From: a virus | Lineage: Duplodnaviria; Caudoviricetes | Direction: 5' to 3' (one strand) | DNA: 64,000 nucleotides | IMG/VR virus record: IMGVR_UViG_3300034126_000020 | Span: 64,001-128,000 of that record | In this document: piece after piece, positions 23,917 through 32,754 of the stretch | How the letters are laid out: each line of letters opens with the position of its first letter | Numbering within the stretch: position 1 is the stretch's first letter | Program-made: the position numbers and the translations under genes | Notes under the pieces: generated by a model | The model's database searches: none | The model's input: the letters and a program-made list of their open reading frames with translations, nothing else | Told to the model about the DNA's origin: nothing

Positions 23917-25551
23917 TTACACGGCTACCGGCATGTCTTTGGTTAAGGCCGGATGGCTATCGTAGTCAACGATCTTGAGATCGCTGATCTTGAAGCCGTC
24001 AATCGACTTGACTTCAGGATTCAGTTCAAGACGCGGGATGCAGTCCTTCGATTCCAGAGTCAACTGGTGTTCGAGGGCAGCGACGTGGTTGGTGTACACA
24101 TGAGCGTCCACAGCAGCCCACACCAGCTCCAATGGAGCCATGTCGACACATTGGGCTACCATGTGCGTCAGCGTTGCGTACTGAGCCACGTTGAACGGTT
24201 GACCGAGGCCCAGGTCGTTCGAGCGCAGCAGCAGGAAGCAGTACAGACCACGACGATGGATACCGGCTTCGTCCAGGCGGAGATGGAACTCTTCATCAGA
24301 GACTTTCGTCTGAGCCTGATAATGAGTCCAGTCTGTCCAGGTACGCAGTGCCAGATCCATCATGCCAGTCTGACGCTGTTTCTTCTCAAGGTCGTACTTG
24401 GCCAACTCGACCTGATCCTGAGCGATCATGACGCGTTGTTCCAGAGTCAGTTCGTGAGAGATGAACTGGAAGTACAGGTGGCATGGCGGCAAGGCTGCCT
24501 TCCACGTCAGTGCTGGGTTCCAAGCAGACACGATGATGCGACGGCTGTTTGGATCATGCTTCAGGATCTGGATCGCATTGACCAGTTGGTCGATTTCACG
24601 ATGGACCACAAAGCGAGGCAGGTCAGCGATGACAGTGAAGATCTTGCGCAGACCGTCTTCGTCATGGTAGCGAGCCCACAACGTACCGCCGTTGTTATAG
24701 ACGTCGTAGCCTTTATCGCCCACTTCGTCGAACTGCACCTTCACGACATCGGTGCGGACATAGCCTTTCGCAGCGGCCACACGATCCAGTTCAGTCAGCA
24801 GGGCTTCTTCGGTATCAGGCAGTCCTACCGGAGCGACCTCACCGCGGACGGTATAGCCTTGCTTGTGGTATTCGTGCAACCCAGTCTGAGAGACGATCTG
24901 CGTGTCTTGCCAATGACGCCACTGTGGACCGTAACCGCCCGGACCAATGTCACCGTCGATCAGTACACGCAGAGCAATGCCCATCTCGATAGCGATGTAG
25001 TTGATAACCGCTTCAACACTGGCAAAATCTTCCGTGCTGCCGTAAACGGCCACGGTCTTCTGCCCGCTTTCCTTCGTCGTGAGTTTGACGATGCACTTGC
25101 CGTAGGTGTTGATGCCATGGCCTTCCTGAATCTTGGCGAAGTTGTCAGGCGTGGTGAGGTTCACCGTACCGTCGTCACCGCCGATCTTCCGAGTGACCAG
25201 ATGAACGAGTTCATCAAGAGTGCGGTCTTGGTATCTGGCAGTCCCAGGGATCAGCCAGCTGTTCCAGATACCGATCTTCTGGTCACGCAGTTCCTTGATG
25301 CTGGAACTGCCACCGCAGAACCAGAGCATCTCGCGCTCAGCAGTGTCCTGCATGCCCTTGGTAGTCAGGCGAGGCGAACGCTTGTTCAGCAGGCTGTAAC
25401 GTGCCATGCGACCCACTACCGCATGGGTGCCAGTGCCAGTACGGTCGCCCTTGAAGTTGCCGTTGTGCAGCACGTCTTCGACGAGGTTGTGGTACGCGTC
25501 ATCAGTTGGGGTCAGACGAGTGTTAAGGACGAACGGGGTTAACTTGTTCAC
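23917..25551 (-). CDS. thyA: thymidylate synthase with large insertions
   Basis: DRTGTGT, PRLTTK, EMLWF, YGPQWRHW, NSRRIIVSAWNP, ALPPCH, RSNDLGLGQPFN, DAHVYTNH. Confidence 0.95.
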   Translation of the reverse strand: MNKLTPFVLNTRLTPTDDAYHNLVEDVLHNGNFKGDRTGTGTHAVVGRMARYSLLNKRSPRLTTKGMQDTAEREMLWFCGGSSSIKELRDQKIGIWNSWLIPGTARYQDRTLDELVHLVTRKIGGDDGTVNLTTPDNFAKIQEGHGINTYGKCIVKLTTKESGQKTVAVYGSTEDFASVEAVINYIAIEMGIALRVLIDGDIGPGGYGPQWRHWQDTQIVSQTGLHEYHKQGYTVRGEVAPVGLPDTEEALLTELDRVAAAKGYVRTDVVKVQFDEVGDKGYDVYNNGGTLWARYHDEDGLRKIFTVIADLPRFVVHREIDQLVNAIQILKHDPNSRRIIVSAWNPALTWKAALPPCHLYFQFISHELTLEQRVMIAQDQVELAKYDLEKKQRQTGMMDLALRTWTDWTHYQAQTKVSDEEFHLRLDEAGIHRRGLYCFLLLRSNDLGLGQPFNVAQYATLTHMVAQCVDMAPLELVWAAVDAHVYTNHVAALEHQLTLESKDCIPRLELNPEVKSIDGFKISDLKIVDYDSHPALTKDMPVAV

Positions 25552-25723
25552 TGACAGTTTTCCTTAGGACGGAGACAATGGTGAGCTGGTGGCGCTTTAT
25601 CTTTGCCGCGATGAACTTACGGTGCTTGACCTTACGTTTCATCGACCAGTTGTTGTTGACCTTGGGGTATGTCTGATTCAAGACTTCCCGCAGGTTGATG
25701 GTTTGGGTTTCGACACGTTCCAT
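25523..25723 (-). CDS. small basic hypothetical protein
   Basis: 66 aa, TAATG coupling. Confidence 0.45.
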   Translation of the reverse strand: MERVETQTINLREVLNQTYPKVNNNWSMKRKVKHRKFIAAKIKRHQLTIVSVLRKTVSEQVNPVRP

Positions 25724-26196
25724 TAGGGACGCCCTGTCAGGAAATGTAGCAGTGCGTCGGTGGCTTTAGTATCACGAGTGATCTTCTCAGCCGTGGCATT
25801 GATCTGTTCTTGAGTCGGTGCTTCTGGATGCACCTCGATCTCCAGCAGGACATACTTGCCCACCCAGAATTCCAGCTCGGCAATCAGGTCGTGACCACCG
25901 ACTTTGGCTTTCTCAGTGGTGTAGAGATACCCAGTGACTTCAGACCAATGGTGCGTACACACTGCCGACACGTTGCCCAGACCCATGACTTGTTCCAAGG
26001 TCAGTTCAATGCACTGCTCCACGGACGTCAGTTCACGATCATTGACCCAGTAGCGCATGGTGACCAGCTTCTCGCTGAACTCATTCATGTACTCTGCCAG
26101 TTCAATGTCATGGACGTGCAGACAGCAATGCTCGCCGTATTGATCCCGGATCTTACCGCCCAAGAGATGGACGTTCCCGGTTACAGTCTGGATCAC
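25723..26196 (-). CDS. hypothetical protein
   Basis: 157 aa, AGGAGG RBS. Confidence 0.65.
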   Translation of the reverse strand: MIQTVTGNVHLLGGKIRDQYGEHCCLHVHDIELAEYMNEFSEKLVTMRYWVNDRELTSVEQCIELTLEQVMGLGNVSAVCTHHWSEVTGYLYTTEKAKVGGHDLIAELEFWVGKYVLLEIEVHPEAPTQEQINATAEKITRDTKATDALLHFLTGRP

Positions 26197-26306
26197 TTGA
26201 CCTCCTTATGGACCGCACAGCGGTTGTAGAGCGTCTCGTAAGGGAACAGGCCATCAACGATAACGGCCGGTCTGCTACAGAAACGACAGAGGGCGATTGG
26301 TTTCAT
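26193..26306 (-). CDS. 37-aa CxxC…CxxH microprotein (absent from ORF track)
   Basis: read by hand: MKPIALCRFCSRPAVIVDGLFPYETLYNRCAVHKEVK; overlaps both neighbours' start/stop. Confidence 0.6.
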   Translation of the reverse strand: MKPIALCRFCSRPAVIVDGLFPYETLYNRCAVHKEVK

Positions 26307-26527
26307 CAGACCCTCGGGATACGGATGATGAGTTCCACGTACTCTTCATGGTTAGGGTCAACGAAGGCCACGTTGTCACCGGACTCAGTGAAGCGATGGA
26401 CCGCATCAGCGAGGTCGTTGGGCAGTCCTTCGGAAGCATGAAACCCAGTGCCGTCAAAGATGGCTTCTTCGATGGCTTCGTAATCTTCCAGCGGCAATGC
26501 ACCCACCGGTGCTTCTTCGATACTCAT
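26306..26527 (-). CDS. acidic hypothetical protein
   Basis: 73 aa, ATGA overlap. Confidence 0.6.
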   Translation of the reverse strand: MSIEEAPVGALPLEDYEAIEEAIFDGTGFHASEGLPNDLADAVHRFTESGDNVAFVDPNHEEYVELIIRIPRV

Positions 26528-26847
26528 GCTAACTCCTTAGGAATGTCCATGATCATCCCGAGTGTGTACTCGTGGACATCTACGTCGTAACGCATGTAGT
26601 CCTGAGTCGAGATGGCCAGTTTGTAATCTTTACGGAACTCTTCCAGCAACGCAGGACGTTCCTCGAGAGGCTTCTCCTGAATCTCACGCAGCTTAGCCCG
26701 GACCGCGTAGCAGAACTTGAACAGCTCGGCTTTGGCTTCCGGGTCTTCCTTGGCGTAGAGAGGTTCTTCCCTCAAGTGCCGGACCTGCTTCTTGATAAGC
26801 TTGGACGACTTCCAGTTCTTCAAGGCGAAATCGGTGTCGGTCTCCAT
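26524..26847 (-). CDS. hypothetical protein
   Basis: 107 aa, GGAGG RBS. Confidence 0.65.
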   Translation of the reverse strand: METDTDFALKNWKSSKLIKKQVRHLREEPLYAKEDPEAKAELFKFCYAVRAKLREIQEKPLEERPALLEEFRKDYKLAISTQDYMRYDVDVHEYTLGMIMDIPKELA

Positions 26848-26850
26848 TAC

Positions 26851-26979
26851 TTACCTCCCAGAGAAGAGCGCAAGGCCAATGGCCAGTACGATCAAGAAAG
26901 CAATACCCTTCAGCACGTTGATTTGACGTTCCCGCATCTTGCGAGCCTCTTTCATTTTCTTCCGATGTTTAGTCGACAT
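26851..26979 (-). CDS. 42-aa basic single-TM microprotein (absent from ORF track)
   Basis: read by hand: MSTKHRKKMKEARKMRERQINVLKGIAFLIVLAIGLALFSGR. Confidence 0.6.
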   Translation of the reverse strand: MSTKHRKKMKEARKMRERQINVLKGIAFLIVLAIGLALFSGR

Positions 26980-27379
26980 GCATGTTGTACCAGAACGGTT
27001 TCATTGATGTGATTGCGATGGGTCTGAATAACGCATCGTCGGTGGTGATCCGTGCAATGCAGAAACCCTCACCCCTGACACCCCCTTCCCGATTCATCGC
27101 TGACTGAAGGAAGTAGATGGCATAGTTGCCCACCTGATATCCCGGATGATTTACAAAGTCCCGACGTTGGATGCAAACCAGCATTGGAGCGAAGATCAGG
27201 TGCAGAGCGCCAGTGGCGAACAAGGCATGTACATCTTTGGGCCACGTACCGTCGTAAGTCGGATCAAAGTCCTTGTACGTGTGTATCCGGAATTTAAGCT
27301 GCTCGGCACTCAGGTAGCTCTGTGTGTCGTTTCTTGCCTGTTCCTTGAATGCAGCCAGCGCCGTTTCAAACACACTCAT
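26969..27379 (-). CDS. hypothetical protein
   Basis: 136 aa, ATGA overlap. Confidence 0.6.
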   Translation of the reverse strand: MSVFETALAAFKEQARNDTQSYLSAEQLKFRIHTYKDFDPTYDGTWPKDVHALFATGALHLIFAPMLVCIQRRDFVNHPGYQVGNYAIYFLQSAMNREGGVRGEGFCIARITTDDALFRPIAITSMKPFWYNMHVD

Positions 27380-27663
27380 GGACGACCCTCATGCAGGAGC
27401 AGTACTCGTGCCATGTCCATCAGCTCACACGTGTCAGTGGTCATGAACTCTCGAGCGAACTTGATAGCCCCTTCGGTATCACCCAGGTACTGATCGGTAC
27501 CAGGACCAATCAGGAACAGGTCGTACGGATGGCCTTTCAATACAACGGTGTGGCGTTGCAGCGGGAAGACGCCCGGACGCGTCAACATCGCGATCTTCTC
27601 GGGATCGTCAGTGATCCAGACTTGGGTCGGACCTTCCTGCTTACTGATAAATGTGCGTTCCAT
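27376..27663 (-). CDS. hypothetical protein
   Basis: 95 aa, GAGGA RBS. Confidence 0.6.
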   Translation of the reverse strand: MERTFISKQEGPTQVWITDDPEKIAMLTRPGVFPLQRHTVVLKGHPYDLFLIGPGTDQYLGDTEGAIKFAREFMTTDTCELMDMARVLLLHEGRP

Positions 27664-27724
27664 GATGGCATCCTCGTGGTTACCTATTTGATAGGTCGGG
27701 TTTGTTCAAAAACACATGTCACAC

Positions 27725-27757
27725 GACATAAAGGCGGGGTTGACCCCCGCCCGTATG
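27725..27757. terminator. bidirectional-looking terminator
   Basis: GGCGGGG-N5-CCCCGCC flanked by ACATA / TATGT. Confidence 0.7.
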
Positions 27758-27771
27758 TTGGGTTGCCCAGC

Positions 27772-28431
27772 TCAGGCAGCACGCGTGCTGACATTGCGGG
27801 TACCGTGAAACGACTCGCCCAGTTTGAAGTTCGTGTAGAACGCCACGCCGTTGTACGAGTTCTCAACTGAGTCCACACAGTGGATCGGTCGAGTGAAACG
27901 GGCAAACTCGAACGCCGTCAGGTCAAACCGCTGTTGAGCAGTCAGGTCCTTGTAGGCGATCGGTGTCAATACCGATGGCATGCTGCGCAATGCAAGGTCG
28001 ATAGCGTCGTCAGCTTCCTCACCTAAGCTGAGAGTGTCGAGCCAATACATTTCACGGCAGGAGATCTGACTCACCGCACGATGACGGTTGAGAGCCGATG
28101 AGATCTCATGGGCACTGAGGATGGAGATGAACATCAGCTCACCACCCTTGCCGTATTTGACGCCTTCGGCACGCACGTCATCTACTTCGCCCATTGCTTT
28201 GAAAAGGGGATTCCATGTACCGGAGGTCCGGATGCGGAACGGTCGGGCATTGCGCTCTTTAAAGAGCGTCTGGACCGTGGTTGGCACTTTCCGCACATTG
28301 TCGCCGATGACGAAGAACTCCTTCACATCCGGCAGACGCTTAATCATAGCCGCAGCTTCCTCGTAGGAAGTAACGAAAACGATGGCGTGTCCGAGAAGGG
28401 TCGACGGGTTGGCGTTATCTGGAGTTTTCAT
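27772..28431 (-). CDS. hypothetical protein
   Basis: 219 aa, AAGGGA RBS. Confidence 0.65.
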   Translation of the reverse strand: MKTPDNANPSTLLGHAIVFVTSYEEAAAMIKRLPDVKEFFVIGDNVRKVPTTVQTLFKERNARPFRIRTSGTWNPLFKAMGEVDDVRAEGVKYGKGGELMFISILSAHEISSALNRHRAVSQISCREMYWLDTLSLGEEADDAIDLALRSMPSVLTPIAYKDLTAQQRFDLTAFEFARFTRPIHCVDSVENSYNGVAFYTNFKLGESFHGTRNVSTRAA

Positions 28432-28475
28432 GGCTATCCCTTTACTTCTAGGTGGTTATATTGGTGCTGGATGAC

Positions 28476-28781
28476 TTATTCGTCACCCAAAGAGACTGGG
28501 TCTAAAGAGCAGGACATGTGGATGTTGTGCATGAACTTGATGGCTGCTGGAGCCCCCCAAGCACTCGCGCCGACGTCACGGATTTCGAGGCGGATGAGCA
28601 GCTGTGTGAGCCGTACATTCACTTCCTCGGTAACGACAGGGATATAGCGCAACTGCACCGACTTCATGATCCGCCATAGCGGTTTCAGTTCGCTCAGTGC
28701 CACATAGGACTTGACCTTCTCAAGCTCGTTGGTGAATTGCTCCAGCTTGGAAAAGGTGTCGTACCAGACTTGTTCGATCAT
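28476..28781 (-). CDS. hypothetical protein
   Basis: 101 aa, GAGGA RBS. Confidence 0.6.
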   Translation of the reverse strand: MIEQVWYDTFSKLEQFTNELEKVKSYVALSELKPLWRIMKSVQLRYIPVVTEEVNVRLTQLLIRLEIRDVGASAWGAPAAIKFMHNIHMSCSLDPVSLGDE

Positions 28782-28788
28782 TGTGTCC

Positions 28789-29277
28789 TCATGACCTTCT
28801 TTTAGCTACGAGTTGCAGTTCGTCCTGCCCGGGTTGGGCATGCATTTCGGCATCGGCAGCCTTTTGGGCCATCTCCGCCAACTCGTGCTCGTTGCGAAAG
28901 CGTGACGCTGGTGGGTAAATCACCGGCGGTATGCTAATAATGTTCATGTGACCATCTTCAGTAAGCACCCCACCGCTGTTGGCAGCAATTACAGCCTTGA
29001 CAGCGTTGTACGGGATACTCATGACGTGGGCCAGGTTATCAAACTTGACAGCGATGTTCAGTTCAGTTTCATCGAAGTCCAGTTGTGTCGTGAAGCCAGG
29101 AGCAACGCAGATAATGAAATCATCGCTTTCCTGTTTCAGTGACGCAAGGACCCCGTCCTTCAGAACAGAGTTGTCCACGATCAGGCACGCCTGAACCGTA
29201 CGCTCATTGAAGTAGTCAATGGACGCTCGGATCAGGTGCTTTGCCCAAAGGGACACGGGGGTGCGATCCATAGACAA
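28789..29277 (-). CDS. SspB-like ClpXP adaptor homolog
   Basis: YFNERTVQACLIVD…FIICVAPGFTTQLDFDETELNIAVKFDNLAHVMSIPYNAVKAVIA aligns by eye to SspB PxLvVD…IvLNiAPxAvxxL…FxARFgG…vsvPlxAVlAIyA. Confidence 0.7.
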   Translation of the reverse strand: MSMDRTPVSLWAKHLIRASIDYFNERTVQACLIVDNSVLKDGVLASLKQESDDFIICVAPGFTTQLDFDETELNIAVKFDNLAHVMSIPYNAVKAVIAANSGGVLTEDGHMNIISIPPVIYPPASRFRNEHELAEMAQKAADAEMHAQPGQDELQLVAKRRS

Positions 29278-29327
29278 ATCCTAAGGTTGCTTGATTCGGA
29301 GTATTGCCATAAGATCACACCCACTCG

Positions 29328-30065
29328 TTACTCTGCACCCTCCACAGCCAGAAACAGGTCAGTGCCTCTGGAACTGGTTGGCTCTGGGACGAAGTAGATG
29401 TCACGATGCTGAGGACAAGTGCCCAAGAACGACAGCGCTGCCAGCTCGATCAGGTCGTGATACCCCTTCTTCGGATAGAAGGTGAAGTTCTGATGGTCGT
29501 GGACGGAACCATAGTGCGAGTTGTTGATGAAGATCTGGTGGTGCCCTTGAGCGAAGTCCAAGGACAGCTCAGCCATCTCGACGAAGTCATCAGAGTACTG
29601 ACTGTTGAACAGCATCGAGAAGATTACCGCAGCCAATGGGCCGAGTAATTTAGGAGTGGCTACAAACTGACACAGGTCGATGTTCTCGAACACCAGACAT
29701 TTCTTCTCCGCTGAACCCCACTGCATGAATCGGTCCCCACCGACTCTGGCCGCCGTCACACCACGCACTTCGACATCGGACTTGATCAAGGCCAACTCGT
29801 CGTCGAAGGACATGATGACGGTGAAGGAGACACCTGGACAACCTTTCAACTCGAACCACTCACGGACCTCGAGCAGTTCATCCTTCATCTGTACGCCGTG
29901 CACGTCCACCTCGTGCTTCACGAGGGTCTTGGCGGTCGCCAGCGTAGCGAAGTGGTCACGGACTGTAGGCGCTTGCTCCACAAGGATCTCAAGCTCCGTA
30001 GCCAAATCAATGACCAGCGCATCCAGCAGGGCCGCAAAGCCCAAAGTGTTAGAACGGTTATACAT
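29328..30065 (-). CDS. hypothetical protein
   Basis: start re-set to MYNRSN (GGAGG RBS). Confidence 0.65.
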   Translation of the reverse strand: MYNRSNTLGFAALLDALVIDLATELEILVEQAPTVRDHFATLATAKTLVKHEVDVHGVQMKDELLEVREWFELKGCPGVSFTVIMSFDDELALIKSDVEVRGVTAARVGGDRFMQWGSAEKKCLVFENIDLCQFVATPKLLGPLAAVIFSMLFNSQYSDDFVEMAELSLDFAQGHHQIFINNSHYGSVHDHQNFTFYPKKGYHDLIELAALSFLGTCPQHRDIYFVPEPTSSRGTDLFLAVEGAE

Positions 30066-30471
30066 CGGAACCTCCACGGCGTCCTTCATTGGTTTCGATG
30101 GTGGTGATAGCCCACTCACCTTTCATGTACACGTATTCGTGAGAACCGTGCTCGAAACTCTGTAAATGTCCAACCACATCGCCCGTCGCAAAGTTAGCCT
30201 TGACCGAGAACACGTGAGTGTAGTCCTCGGTGTGGATTGTCCGGCGAGCAATGCCATTTATGATTGTCAGTGCAGGACGTAAGGTGAAGTCCTCGCCCTC
30301 AATACGGACGAGCTCAACGATATGCCTATATGAAGTAACCTTCCTGTTACGAGCCACTGCCAGTTTCTCGTGAGGCTTCCACTGAGACTCCACAGGGGCA
30401 GTAGAGACGAAGTAGTCGCCCTTCGTGGCATGTAGGCTGGCAATGGCCAAGGCCAATGGCTTAGCTCGCAT
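30058..30471 (-). CDS. hypothetical protein
   Basis: start re-set to MRAKPL (GGAGG RBS). Confidence 0.6.
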   Translation of the reverse strand: MRAKPLALAIASLHATKGDYFVSTAPVESQWKPHEKLAVARNRKVTSYRHIVELVRIEGEDFTLRPALTIINGIARRTIHTEDYTHVFSVKANFATGDVVGHLQSFEHGSHEYVYMKGEWAITTIETNEGRRGGSDV

Positions 30472-30880
30472 ACGGTTCCTCCGGGATGGTAGCCAAGACA
30501 TCGAAGTACCGCGCCAAGGCATCTTCAGTCAGTGTGTTCTCATCGCCCCACTTGCGACTGGTTTGGTCACGCAACGGCAGGATTTTCTTACCGTCCACGA
30601 GTACGAACACATCTTCAGCCAAGAAGGTCGTCCGGGAAGGCAGCTTGGCAATGGTCTCCCCGGTCGTCTCGGCCTGAAGGTAGATCAGGCGAGCCTTGTT
30701 CTGGAAGTCATCAGGCTTGGCATAGAACTCATCCCAACCAATCGGCTCCTCTTGGGAGATACGGTCGCCCAGCACGACCTGAAGGGCCTTGACATGACGA
30801 AGGGAAGGTACGCAGACGATGATGCGGCCAACAGTAGGTGGCAGAGGGATGAACTCAGACTTACGCATATTGTCGAACAT
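30461..30880 (-). CDS. hypothetical protein
   Basis: 139 aa. Confidence 0.6.
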   Translation of the reverse strand: MFDNMRKSEFIPLPPTVGRIIVCVPSLRHVKALQVVLGDRISQEEPIGWDEFYAKPDDFQNKARLIYLQAETTGETIAKLPSRTTFLAEDVFVLVDGKKILPLRDQTSRKWGDENTLTEDALARYFDVLATIPEEPYAS

Positions 30881-30890
30881 GGTTTAGCTT

Positions 30891-30924
30891 CCGGAATAAG
30901 GGGCCAGGAATGTGTTCCTAGCCC
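30891..30924 (-). terminator. terminator-like hairpin in the leader of 30461-30880
   Basis: GGGCTAGGAA-CACA-TTCCTGGCCC then CTTATTCCG. Confidence 0.55.
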
Positions 30925-30984
30925 GGGTGTTTGTCATAGAGGATGAAACAGTAGTTCTTTAAAACGAAGACAAAAGAAATAGAA

Positions 30985-31013
30985 GGCCTAGTGCGGGGAC
31001 ACCGCACTAGGCC
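30985..31013 (-). terminator. intrinsic terminator
   Basis: GGCCTAGTGCGG-N5-CCGCACTAGGCC then TTCTATTTCTTTT. Confidence 0.85.
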
Positions 31014-31019
31014 TAGGGG

Positions 31020-31382
31020 TTATGCAGTCAACAGCCAGTTGTAACCAGTCCAGACGTAGACGAACAACGCAGGGTACAGGAGGCCACAATCAAGGATGTG
31101 GGTCCAGTACGACTTGTACTCATAGCGCAGTTCTTTGCCTGTGCTGCTGAGGAAGTCTTCGATGTTGTGCACCAGCCACCAGTGATGGTAGAGGTTGACA
31201 AAGAACCGACCTGCGTTGACGAAGGGAATCCGGCCTACTTTGTAATCCACCTGATGAGGGCCCAGCGGAATGCTTCCACTGACTCTCGGGTAAATCGAGC
31301 CGTGCACAATGTACGCGACCAATAGAACGATGAAACCAGACATTGAAGACAGGTGGATAGAGAAGGCCAATTGGGCTCCCAT
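31020..31382 (-). CDS. membrane protein
   Basis: hydrophobic N- and C-terminal segments; AGGAG RBS. Confidence 0.6.
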   Translation of the reverse strand: MGAQLAFSIHLSSMSGFIVLLVAYIVHGSIYPRVSGSIPLGPHQVDYKVGRIPFVNAGRFFVNLYHHWWLVHNIEDFLSSTGKELRYEYKSYWTHILDCGLLYPALFVYVWTGYNWLLTA

Positions 31383-31397
31383 GATGCAGCTTACTCC

Positions 31398-31994
31398 TTA
31401 AACGGTTAGGTCAGACTTTGGCGCTTTGTATTCGATCGCCGCGAGTGAGAGGGCATTGACTTCAATGTCCTTATTGAGGACCTGGGCCTTGGTCAGTCGA
31501 CCCAGCACAGTTCCGAGTTGAGCAACGAGTTCATCGACGGTGTGGTTGTCATCGCCTTGTACTTCCATCGCCCATATGAATTCCCCATTAACGACAGATG
31601 GGAACATGAAGCGCTCCATGTCCAACGAAATGTCGATATGAGGAGCATCCAACGTACGAACGACCTTACCGACCACAGTACGGGGCAGAGACATGTACGG
31701 ATCGGTCTCAGAGGCTGCTACGAAGTCCTCTGGGCCGATTTGGAAGCTCACATACAGCGTAGGTGCACCCAAGCTGTTGAACGCGTAGTAGACGTGCTCA
31801 TCCTCGACCATGGTGTACGGCAGGATGTGCACAGCCACCGGGCGATAGCCTTCGGGACACACTTCATCGATGTCCAGATGCTGCTGAATGAATGCATCCA
31901 GTTGGTACAGGCCTTTAGGCGTCTGACGAAATGCCAGACGACCCATCTGCTTGGCTACCTTGGGGGTGTCGCGGACAAAGAGGCGGTTTGCCAT
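31398..31994 (-). CDS. hypothetical protein
   Basis: 198 aa, AAGGA RBS. Confidence 0.65.
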   Translation of the reverse strand: MANRLFVRDTPKVAKQMGRLAFRQTPKGLYQLDAFIQQHLDIDEVCPEGYRPVAVHILPYTMVEDEHVYYAFNSLGAPTLYVSFQIGPEDFVAASETDPYMSLPRTVVGKVVRTLDAPHIDISLDMERFMFPSVVNGEFIWAMEVQGDDNHTVDELVAQLGTVLGRLTKAQVLNKDIEVNALSLAAIEYKAPKSDLTV

Positions 31995-32003
31995 GAGACT
32001 TCC

Positions 32004-32687
32004 TTACGCGTCGTGGGTGAGATGGAACAACTGACGTACAGCCGCAGTCCCATTGCCCGATTTGATCTGAGCCGCCATCTCTTGGTTCAGCACACGCATG
32101 GCGTGAGTGGCCTCGGGTTTGACGTAGTAGTTGGTTCCTGGGTATTTCACCATGCCTTCTGTATCCCCACAGGCCATCTCGATGATACGTGGTTCACCGG
32201 AGAAACCGAATTTAGGGAACAGGACAACCTTGCCGAAGAAGTAGCCTTTATCGTGCTCCTTCATCCACGAGTTGGCCGCATCGTGAGCAATGATCATCTC
32301 CTGCTCTTCATCCCAGCGTTTGCCATCTTCCAGCCAGCTTACTGCAATGCGAGTGGTCAGTTGGACAGGCCACACGTCAGTACCGTTGGCGCCGGTGAAG
32401 ATCATGCCGTGGCAACCGTCTTCGATGAACTGCTCAACGAGGATGGCGCAGTCACGGATCTTGCTGATGCAGGACTTCATGTACTTGACTGGATCGTCAG
32501 CACGGTAGATGTCACGGCACAGGCGCTTCTGGATCTCGATGGTGCACTCGTTGTACATGCGAGCAGCAAACTTCTTGACCTTCTTGGCGTTCGGGTTCTT
32601 GATGGCCTCGAACAGATCCAAGATAGCCGACTCTTGTTTCAGAGTGTCGAATTCGATGTTGTCAACTGAGTTGGTGGTCTCGTCCAC
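32004..32687 (-). CDS. hypothetical protein
   Basis: 227 aa, AGGAG RBS. Confidence 0.65.
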   Translation of the reverse strand: MDETTNSVDNIEFDTLKQESAILDLFEAIKNPNAKKVKKFAARMYNECTIEIQKRLCRDIYRADDPVKYMKSCISKIRDCAILVEQFIEDGCHGMIFTGANGTDVWPVQLTTRIAVSWLEDGKRWDEEQEMIIAHDAANSWMKEHDKGYFFGKVVLFPKFGFSGEPRIIEMACGDTEGMVKYPGTNYYVKPEATHAMRVLNQEMAAQIKSGNGTAAVRQLFHLTHDA

Positions 32688-32721
32688 GGGTGAAACTCCT
32701 AGGTGTCTATGCGGTTAGTGA

Positions 32722-32752
32722 GCAGGGGCTGTGTGCCCCTGCCTTTATGTTG
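32722..32752. terminator. terminator hairpin
   Basis: GCAGGGGC-N5-GCCCCTGC with a CTTTATGTTG tail on the + (antisense) strand. Confidence 0.65.
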
Positions 32753-32754
32753 GA

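Noticed and set aside
23917-25551. Intein/intron or base-modifying (hydroxymethylase) interpretation of the long ThyA
   Set aside because: The ORF is continuous, inserts lack C/S…HN intein ends and LAGLIDADG/HNH motifs, and the dUMP-specific Asn is retained
27684-27905. 73-aa minus ORF from the track
   Set aside because: Overlaps 27772-28431 out of frame and runs through a terminator hairpin; no RBS
27772-28431. Weak DHFR-like stretch (VTSYEEAAAMIKRLPDVKEFFVIG)
   Set aside because: Lacks the N-terminal IG…LPW and GRKT motifs and the IGG; too weak to call without an HHpred search
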